Assembly: GCA_951406725.2 (NCBI GenBank)
Contig: OX597838.1
Span: 23,870,001 to 23,934,000 of the forward strand
Source: Octopus vulgaris
Lineage: Eukaryota
Length of the DNA stretch: 64,000 nt
Direction: 5' to 3'
The position numbers were made by a program, and so were the translations under genes. How positions within the stretch are numbered: position 1 is the first letter of the stretch; each line of letters starts with the position of its first letter. A model generated the notes under the pieces. That model was given only the letters and a program-made list of their open reading frames with translations. It did no database searches and was not told the origin of the DNA. Positions 54,397 through 64,000 of this stretch are shown here, in pieces.

Positions 54397-55378
54397 GCGT
54401 GTGTGTGTGTGTTTGCTGACGAGCGCATGAAGCTCTTTGTTTTCAGTTTTGAAGAGAACGGGTACTGTTTGTGATGTAGGTGCCTCTCCTAACGGCATTT
54501 GTGACGTACGTATAGCGAAGCAATTTCAGCTGACGGTCGAAAACGTCTTGTCAAAAGCCTTTATCTCCGCACTACGACAACCCGCAGTCTACGTCCAAAC
54601 ATTGATTTTTAGAGATACATGTATATATTTTTGTTTCTGGCGCAAGGACCTTTTATATTGTCTTTTTTTTTTCTTTGTTGTTGTTATTTTTCTTTCCATT
54701 TACAAAATGTGATATAGTTGATTTTAGTTGTTAACTCATTGACAACCTCAGGCTGAAATGAAAGGTGAACTTAACCAAAAACGGCCACATCTTACTATTA
54801 AGAATTTTTCGGGGACGATGAAGGAGCCGTTACGTGGACACCTGACAGGTTATAAATAGCAGCCAAATGCCAAATGATTCTCAAACCCCATCCTGCGAAC
54901 TTAAATGAGGAATACGTGAGATAATACAGTCTGGGACCGGGGTGCGCTGTTCCTGAAAATAAAAGATGGGATGGGATGGTCATGGTTGGATTGACTTTGA
55001 TCACGGGTCTGCTCGGTCAGGGCTGACCTGCGGATAAACGGCAATAGCAACAAAGACAACTTATTCCTTTCGACTAAGCACTGACCCCTATATGTTTTTA
55101 GTAGGGAGGAAAAATAAATGAATGTTGTTACAATAAGGCTTTTCCAAAGAACATTGAAAACGCAATAAAGTGACATGACTTCCTGCGGGAATTGAAACCG
55201 TGTTACAAGCTACTCCTACTGAAGCAGTCTTTCGGTATTAGTCGACAACATCATTCGCCCTCTTTTTTCAACCTAGACTCTTTATGTATGTCACGAGGGA
55301 AAGTTGTGTTAATAAATGCCGTTGTATACTAATACAGAAAGATATTTGATAATTAGAAGTTTATTCCTTGTTCTACAC

Positions 55379-55536
55379 CAGTGCGATCCCAGGAATTTTT
55401 AGAAGAGAGGACTCAAAATCAGAAGAGAATACAATTCCATGAGAAAAGGGCGTAATAACATTATTTAGAAGGGCGCACTTATTTTCTTGGGGGAAGCGCG
55501 TGCCCCTTAGGCCCCCTTCCTTGGCTCCGCCCCCTG
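55379..55536. mobile_element. Short degraded MITE (CAG-type TIR)
   Basis: CAGTGCGATCCCAGG ... CCTTGGCTCCGCCCCCTG. Confidence 0.5.
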
Positions 55537-56420
55537 CGTTGTCTAGTATGATGGGACTCCGTCAGATGTGGTTGTAGGGAAATGATGTTTCGCTTTAAAG
55601 TAAACCAAACCCAATCCCTTTCCCACCTGAGACTGGGTCTGACGTAGTGTGAGTCGGAGGGTTTTCATTAGATAATCCTCCGATTCACACCATGTCAGAT
55701 ATTGGTTTCAAATTTTGGCACAAGGCCAACAATTTTTGGGGAGGAGGTAAGCCGATTACATCGACTCTAGAGATCCACTGGTATTTATTTTATCGACTTC
55801 GGAAGGATGTAAGGCAATGTCAACCTCAGCGGAATTTGAACTCAGAACGTAAAGACGGGCTAAATGTTGCTATGCATTTTGCCTGGCGTGCAAACGATTC
55901 TGCCAGCTCGCTACCTTAAGATTATCACAGCATTTTTCAAAGTGAGTTTGGTGAAAAAGAGAAAAAAAAAACCCAACGAATTCTGGGTTTCCGTGATATG
56001 AGGCATTTTGTTACATAACGGTCTAAAACGTTGGTACAGGGCCTGTGATTCTTTAGGGGAGGGGTAAGTCGATTTCATTGATCCTAGTGCTCGACTTATA
56101 CATTATATTATTGATCCCCGAAAGGATGAAAGGCAAAGTCGACATCAGCAGAATTTGAACTCATGACATAAAGACAGACGAAATACCAATTTCTTTATTG
56201 CCCACCGGGGGTCAAACATAGAAATGGACAGAACAACTGATGGGATCAGTAAAGCGTTATGATTTTACATATAATGTGACTTCAAAAATTTAAATACAAT
56301 ATTTAAAAAATTTGAAAACAAAAACAATACAAATGAAGCGATGATCAGGCCACGCTCCGACCCCACAAGCCCCGATCTACCGCTGATACCTTTTTTTTTT
56401 CTTCTTCTTTTTTTTCCCGT

Positions 56421-59364
56421 CTATTCACACGGTTCTTGCACGCACAGCACTCGTACAACATGCTTCCATCTCTTTTGGAACGTACAGTCCGACAGACATC
56501 TCTTCTCCAGCCACAACTTACTTTTCAAATGAAAAGAAAAAAATGATCGTAAATTGTGGCCAGAGATAAAGTTGTCTGTCTTAATTCCTTTTATCCTAGT
56601 CTTCCATACTGCCTCTTTCGCTATTGCTACAACCGTGGGAAAATTCTTACCTTCGTTCGTTAAAACTCCCCGTGGGTCAATTTTTATAATTGACTCAGTG
56701 GACAGTTGTACTCTTCCTTCGCTGGACAACAGATGTTCAGCATAAGCCCACATTTCAGTTATCTCCGGACACTGAATAGTGTGGGGGACGGTTTCCCTGC
56801 CCCTTCCCCCCGCATCTTAGACAGGTCGATGACTGACGCTTACCGTGTCTTGCGAGCTTATCCCAAACGGGCAAGGCACCTCTGTAGCATTGCCAGGTTA
56901 AGGACTTTTGGAAGTTGTCCAACATTCTCAACCCGAATGTACGGCGAAACAGGCTGTCCAGTTGAATAAACCCGAGACCTAGAATCGCCCCCAGGCCATC
57001 GTCGCATTCAGACTCTACCAAACCACTATATAGAATCCGTGTGGAACCCCCACCGCTGGCGTTGCCCGAGCGCCGGAATAGCAAGAGGGCCTTACGGCAC
57101 TCTTTATGCCACTCACTCGACCTCGTTCTACGAGAACACCAGGCTTCCTGTTCGCAAAAACTTTTGAACTCGGAGAACATTTGTCTGTCCAGCGGAAACT
57201 ACACGCGTTCACGATCCAGGAGAATCCAGAGGTGCCTCAACCTCAACGCATGTCTGCGCATCATTAACCTCCCTTTAAAGGCTTTTGACAGCAAACAGAG
57301 CGTTTCACAAGTGGCGACCTGCCCTTCCACAAAAAACGAAAGAGCTGTCTCTCCAACCTGATCAACCACGAATCCGGACAGGGCACGACGGTCAGGCTGT
57401 AGGTAATGACCGATGCGATATACACATTGGCCACCTCCGCTCTCCCTTTCAGGGATAGCCACCGCCAAGACCAGGTCTTGACTACTTCAGCCACCCTGCT
57501 CAATATCTCTGTCCAGTTCTCTATCTGGAGGCCTGGTCCAAACCAAACTCTCAGCAACTTAACCGGTCCCTCTGTCCAGCGCCCAACAACGCTGTCTGAA
57601 GGCATCGACTTGCCAATCCAGGTGCTGAGTTGCAAGCCGACCGACTTTTCCCGGTTAATCTTTGCTCCTGTCACCTCCTTGTAAACCTCAATAGTCTTAG
57701 CCACTTCACGTAGGCGTGCTACTGAGGTTACGCTGATAGTGATATCATCCGCGTAAGCCGTAACAAACTCCTCTAGACCTGGTTCTCTCGGGATGCCACT
57801 CAACCTTCGCAGTAGGGGCTCGAGAGACATCACATACAAAAGTGGTGAGAGCGGACATCCTTGACGAACCGAGCGTCTGATGCAGAACGGCTTCGAAAGG
57901 AAACGGTTCACCCGAACTATCGAGTCAATGTTGTGGTATAAAACGATAAACCATCTGAGGAAGCCAAGGCCCAGGCCGAACCGCGCGAACACAGTCGCTA
58001 GGTATCGATGGTCAACCCTATCAAAAGCTTTAGACTGGTCTAAATGTACCAATACCCCACCTTTGCCAAATTTATTACCAACCCTCTCTATGGTATAGCG
58101 AATAAGATGGAGGGTATCCAGAATGGTTCTGCCTGAGATGGCACATGTCTGTGTCTCCCCGACTATACCATTCGCGACACGCGCCAACCTTTTTGCTAAG
58201 ACCTTGGCCAAAATCTTCACTTCTGCGTTTAACAGAGTGATGGGCTTGAAATTCTCTATAACGTCCCCTTGTCCGGGTCCTTTCTGACCAACGTCACTAC
58301 TCCCCGGCGCACAGATCTGGGAATAAATCCATTCTGTTGCCAGTTCGCAATACTTCCCATGTGTTGGGCTTCAAGATGCTGGTTTAACTCCAGTCTTTTC
58401 ACCCTCGCTTGGTCCGCATTACCAGTCCTCCAGGTTTCTTCTAGTTCCTTAACTAGACCATCTTCTATTCTACGCCCCTTCTTAGCTAAACATATGCTAA
58501 ACCTAATAAACTCATATTTGATGGCTCTTTTTATGGTGTACCATCATTTGTTATTAATGATGGTACCTGTTAATGCCCTCTGTATTAACATCTTGATCCG
58601 CTTTCTGTACTCCTCAATCGCCAAAAGGGACGTATTAAGTTTCCAGTAGCCAGATCCCTGACTATGTACCTTATCTACCGTCAGGTAACCATCTTGTAGT
58701 CACTGTAGCTGACTAGAAAAAAGTGTGGACACTCGGCTATGGACTTATCTGTTTCTCTAATTAAAATCCTATCTAGATATGTTCTGGAAGACCCGTCACT
58801 ATTTGACTACGTCCACTGTGGAGTGTTCGGGTGTTCCAATCTATATGGATCTGCTAGCTGAAATTGACTTAGCAGATCTCATAAGCCTGGGTTACATTTT
58901 CTGTTCATGATCGAGCCAACACAATCTGTGTGTGCTTCATATATTGTGTTAGAGTCTCCTAACAATACTAGCGAATGCGACGTGGCTAGGAACTTGCCCA
59001 TGTCACGAAAATATTCAGTTTGCGGACCCATAATGTTGGGTGCATAGATAGCAACCAGCCTGATTGTCTTGCCACAACTGAATGTCAGGTCAAGAACGAC
59101 CAACCTGCCTTCAGGGTCAGAAAAAAATCAACTTTTTCTCGGCTACCCGGTTTCTTTTTAGTAGGACCAACACCCCGCCCGACTCGGAGAAACGTATTTC
59201 TCGTAACCGTTCAGGAGAGGGAGCAGATCTCTTGGCCCCTTCACCCGGGTTTCCGTTGCAACAATTACATCCAAATTTCTCGACCTGATGTCATTTAGGA
59301 AGCGCTCTTGTTTCCAACTCGACATCAGGCCACGAACATTTATACAACCAATGTGAATAGACGT
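56421..59364 (-). pseudogene. LINE ORF2 (APE endonuclease + reverse transcriptase), disrupted
   Basis: IGCINVRGL, LVAIYAPN, LVLLGDSN, YLDRILI, SDYK (EN); LDQSKAFDRVDH, VRQGCPLSPLLY, YADDI (RT); start codon reads ACG; several stops and frameshifts. Confidence 0.93.
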
Positions 59365-59367
59365 GGC

Positions 59368-60300
59368 TTACTTTTTAGATCGGGGCGTCCTGTGGAGAGG
59401 GGCTCTCCACCTTTTCTTGACTTAGGGTCGGAGATGGCAAGCCTTCAAACATAGACTGGTGAAAATCAAGTCTCCATGTTGAGACCGATTTTCTATATGT
59501 GCTAGACAATATATTATACGTTTTTTCGTCCAATTCATAAAATTCATAGTTTTTATATTTCTCTGACAGTTCAATTAATCTAGTTGCTAATTTTTGGGTT
59601 TTTATTTCCCGTATTAAATCTTCGTTTTTGCTGTGTAGTGCAGCAATTCCTCTGTTCGTCAGTCCCTCCGCCTTCCTCGGTCTGTCTCTCTTGGCTGTTT
59701 TTTTCTTTTTTTTTTTTTTTTGGTCTCAGCTCGCTCTGCTTTTGCTGGTTCGAGCCTTCCATTTTCCTTTTGTTGTTTATTTTTCCTTCTGTTTCTCTCT
59801 CTCTCTCTCTCTTTCTTCCTCCTCGCCGTCTGATTCTTCTACACCTTCTTCACAGTATTTTTTAATGTGACCCAGTTGGCCACACTGGAAACATCGGGGC
59901 TTACGGCCCTCAACAAAAATATTTAGGACTTCCTCCCCTACTTCCAAGATTTCTGGGAGCTGTTGTAAAATTTTTTGGTCAGCCTGCAGTATGAGGTTAA
60001 GCATTTGACCAGCCCAATAGGTATTTTCTGTGACGGTAGCCTGCAGGAGGTTAATATTATCTTCGCTGTTTGCCAGGACTGCAGCCATCAAACACATAGG
60101 GTTCACTCCGGGCGGAATTCTTGGTATTCTCACTTTTGAAGTTCTCATTCCCATGTAAGTTGGGATTAACATTGTGTCTTCTGACTCAAAAGATTTTATG
60201 GAGTGTTTTTGTGCCGTTTCTGCATTCTTGAACCTCACCACGATGGTTCCAAACGTCTTCCCTCTGGCTATATATGTAATGTTCTGCCAGATGGGTTTTA
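59368..60300 (-). pseudogene. LINE ORF1 (gag-like, zinc knuckle)
   Basis: VEGRKPRCFQCGQLGHIKKYC; frameshifted in GA/A runs. Confidence 0.85.
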
Positions 60301-60348
60301 GACCTCGGCAGAATTTGAACTCAGAACGTAAAAACAGACGAAATACCT

Positions 60349-60580
60349 ATTTCTTTACTACCCACAAGGGGCTAAACACAGAGAGGACAAACAAGGACAG
60401 ACAAACGGATTAAGTCGATTACATCGACCCTAGTGCGTAACTGGTACTTAATTTATCGACCCCGAAAGGATGAAAGGCAAAGTCGACCTCGGCGGAATTT
60501 GAACTCAGAACGTAACGGCAGACGAAATACGGCTACGCATTTCACCCGGCGTGCTAACATTTCTGCCAAGCTCGCCGCCT
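60349..60580 (-). mobile_element. Young full-length SINE with Tx1-like tail
   Basis: CpG-intact GGCGGCGAGC..GGCAGAAATGTTAGCACGCCGGG...GTGGGTAGTAAAGAAAT. Confidence 0.9.
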
Positions 60581-60674
60581 TAAATATATATATATATATA
60601 TATCAATAGGAAAAAATACACCTTTAATATTTGTATTTCTCGTTCCTATACACATGCATGTAAAACGCGCCTGT

Positions 60675-60747
<73 letters not shown>

Positions 60748-61316
60748 ACATATACATATGTAAATGTAATATATAATCCCCAAAATAACCGTTTGCAAAA
60801 ATAATTGACTGATTCAGTCGTCGTCTGCCAACAGTCTAGATATTTAATGAAAAGTCACGTCTATGGAACAAAATTAGAATAAGTTCCTTCAAACAGTGTT
60901 TCCATTTCGAATTTGAACCCGTGATGACGAGTAAAATAGCTACAACATATTACTGACGTCAACTGCCGAATCTAAGGCATGTAGAGTTATCTACCTTGTT
61001 TGCTAACAGTCAGACGTGAAAAGTTGGAGGCTCATAATCGCTTGATTTCAGTCAATTTCTTTGTTAACCATGAGGTTGAGGAAAGGAGGGGACGATACGA
61101 GGACAGACAAAACAAACATTGGGGTCAGGGTATCGAATGAGACGAAACGTATGAATAAACAAACAATTAAAATATATACAATTAAATGAGAATGAGTGAT
61201 TTACAAGAAATGAAGTCAGTCATTAGCGTACTAATTGTGTCTGCTGCCCGAGGCAGCCTTTGAATTTTCACCGTCTTCTATTTCTGTTCGGCCTATATAG
61301 GTTTATACAACATAGT

Positions 61317-61705
61317 AGTGGAGGCGCAATGGCCCAGTGGTTAGAGCAGCGGACTCGCGGTCATAGGATCGCGGTTTCGATTCCCAGAACGGGCGTTGTG
61401 AGTGTTTATTGAGCGAAAACACCTAAAGCTCCACGAGGCTCCGGCAGGGGATGGTGGTGATTCCTGCTGTACTCTTTCACCACAACTTTCTCTCACTCTT
61501 ACTTCCTGTTTCTGTTGTACCTGTATTTCAAAAGGCCGGCCTTGTCACTCTCTGTGTCACGCTGAATATCCCCGAGAACTACGTTGAGGGTACACGTGGC
61601 TGTGGAGTGCTCAGCCACTTACACGTTAATTTCACGAGCAGGCTGTTCCGTTGATTCGGATCAACCGGAACCCTCATCGTCGTAACCGACGGAGTACTTC
61701 CATCC
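61317..61705 (+). mobile_element. Young tRNA-derived SINE with 12-bp TSD
   Basis: A box TGGCCCAGTGG, B box GTTTCGATTCC; TSD ATACAACATAGT at 61305-61316 and 61706-61717. Confidence 0.92.
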
Positions 61706-62077
61706 ATACAACATAGTGCTACCCCGTAAAAGCGTCGTCCGGAGAGGACCGACTCATGGTTACGCTTCTGGCTTTAGTCGAAGTCTATTGTCTTACACAC
61801 ACACACGTTTTCTTTTTCCTTTCTCTCTCTCTCTCTCTCCTTCTTTCTTCACTTCTTCCCTCTTTCCTTCATGGTCATCATCTTTTTCCTTCCTCCCTCT
61901 CTTCATCATATCCTTTTCCTCTCTTCTTCATCCTCCCCTCTTTTCATGATCATCATCTTTTTCCTCCTCCTCCTCCTGCAATTCTTCTTCCAGAAGAAAT
62001 TTTGCACCCCTCCACTACTCTTCTCCTCACACTTCCTATCTTGTTGCTTACGCCTCTACGATTGGATCACCTTTGAT

Positions 62078-62392
62078 CAGGGGTTCTTAACTGGGGTTTA
62101 TATAGACCCTGGGAGGGGGCCCATATAAGATTTGGTGGGATCCACAGGTGCGATATAGTAAATTGGGGTCTACAGTAAATTTTCAAGGACCACGAAAAAA
62201 TCTTAAAATTTATGTGCTGCAAATTTGCTATACGTCCACAATACACAAAATATTTAAAATTTTATACAATTCCTAATAATATTTGGTTATAAAACAACAA
62301 TAGGATTCCTTAAACATCAAATGGCTATGGGGGTCAACCTGAGTAGAATAGGAATCAAAGGGGGGGGGGCAAAAATGGCCGAGAAACCCCTG
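62078..62392. mobile_element. hAT/Charlie-like MITE
   Basis: TIRs CAGGGGTTCT / GAGAAACCCCTG; TSD not recognisable. Confidence 0.65.
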
Positions 62393-64000
62393 GTCTACAT
62401 AATCAGAACTGATTTCAGTTTAAACTACGATAGCAGCAGCACTTTACGATGTTCCTGTTTCTAACGGTCAATTAACCAGCCTCGTACCCCTTGTTTGCTT
62501 GAATCTACCACTTCTTTGTGACACCTTAACGCTACGTGTAACCGTTAGCTGCTATCTAGCATTCCCTCACTTTTCACACTGCATCCATTACCAACTCACA
62601 TTACATATCCATACCATCTCGCTCTCTCTCTCTCTCTCTCCCTTCCTCTCTCTCTCTTTCCCTCTCTCTCTCTCTCTCACCCTGCCTTCTTTCTTTCATA
62701 CATCAGTGAAGACCTGATTTATGTATGGGCCAATATGGGCGCATCGTTTAGTGGTTAGGGTGTTCGGTTCAAGATTGTAAAACCGCGAGTTCGATACTCG
62801 CATAGTGTCCTTGAGAAAAGACACTTTTTTCACGTTGCTCCAGTTCACTCAGCTGGCAAAAATGAATGGTACCTGTAATTCAAAAGGGGCCAGTCTTTCA
62901 CATCGTGTGTCACGCTGAATCTCCTCGGAAACTACGTTAAGGTACATGTGTTTGTGGGTAGTAAAGAAATAGGTACATGTGTCTGTGGAATTCTCAGCCA
63001 CTTACACATTGACTTCACGAGCGGGTTGACCATCGTCGTCCTAACCGACGGAATGCCAGTAATGATATGAGACATGACTCAAGGGCCCTTTTATCTCAGA
63101 GATGCCAAAAGCCCGAAGTTAAAATCTAAAAAATATATATTTACAGCAATCAAATGATTTGTAAATTTTTTTTTACTCCTTTAAGCTTTTCTATTCCAAT
63201 GGAATTCTTTCATAATTATTGAACCCTCCTTTGATTCATTGGGCCCTTTTAGATTTAAAGAGCCATTGAATTTAAATGGATTCCTTTGAATCTATCGATG
63301 CCCTTTGAAGTTTTGGGGGTCCTCTTTATAGTCTTATGCTTTGAATTAGCAGGTTTTTAAGTGATGCCTTTTTAAAAACACTGTTTTCTTCTTATATATT
63401 AAGAAAGCAGTCATGGCGGTGAGTTGGCAGAATCGTTAGCATGCCGGGCCAAATGCTTAGCGGCATTTCGTCCGTCTTTAGATTCTGAGTTCAAATTCTG
63501 CCGAGGTCGTCTTTGCTTTCATCCTTTGGAAGTCGATGAATCAAATACTAGATAAACACTGCGGTTGATGAAATCGATTAATCCGCTCCCCAGAAGTTGC
63601 TGGCCTTGTGCTAAAATTTAAAATCGATATATTAAGAGAGCAGTCACCATCAAGGCAGCGCCAACATGTCAGAAATTATCAAAGTGCTGGCAGGCATTAA
63701 AGTTATGGAATACGCAAAAATGTGTTTAGGAAAATACAAATCTGATATGAGATTATAAATGCTCTTTGTATTTGTACTTCGATTACACTGTGTAGCATGA
63801 TTTTTGTCTTTTGGGTAGCAACTGTTATTTCCTATTTGCTTAACCGTAGAAAGTCATGAAAAATGGCTAAAATTTCCTTCAAAATTTGCTTTTATTATAT
63901 TTATTCAACCCCCCACCACCACCAAAATCCTCTCAGCACATAGCTACGATACTCCGCCACTACTTCTGCACAACATTAGAGATACACATATTGTCAGCCA

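Larger units (their letters stand above)
56189..60300 (-). mobile_element. Tx1/L1-clade non-LTR retrotransposon, 5'-truncated in ORF1, inactivated
   Basis: ORF1 with CCHC knuckle, ORF2 with APE endonuclease, RT and C-terminal Cys region, 3' UTR. Confidence 0.93.

Noticed and set aside
54415-54440. CTGACGA-GCGC..GCTC hammerhead candidate
   Set aside because: No GAAA after the stem.
60301-60347. ~47-bp TSD around the Tx1 LINE (versus ~56141-56187)
   Set aside because: About six mismatches and both are SINE-head sequence, so they may be two different SINE copies; not counted as a TSD.

Overview
AT-rich, repeat-saturated eukaryotic DNA. The tRNA-derived SINE families and the extreme (TA)n/(CA)n/(GATA)n/(ATT)n load point to a coleoid cephalopod, probably Octopus (inference). 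Almost all ORFs in the supplied track are microsatellite or SINE artefacts. Real content: (1) a probable first coding exon of a minus-strand host gene at 52986-53127 in a CpG-rich, SINE-poor zone, plus a candidate second exon at 41682-41757, so most of the window is probably intron; (2) transposon relics: a near full-length Tx1/L1-clade LINE (56189-60300) and an older Tx1 fragment, a mariner, a Gypsy LTR relic, RTE, CR1/L2-like and R4/Dong-like fragments, a non-autonomous Helitron, and piggyBac/hAT/Tc1 MITEs; (3) many SINEs. Most notable: nine minimal type-I hammerhead ribozyme motifs from several unrelated sequence families (two divergent pairs, one inside a tRNA-headed, TSD-flanked retroposon), and a SINE whose 3' tail matches the 3' end of the Tx1 LINE, with both inserting at the same position inside the SINE's own head. 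All calls were made by eye; no searches or folding programs were run.
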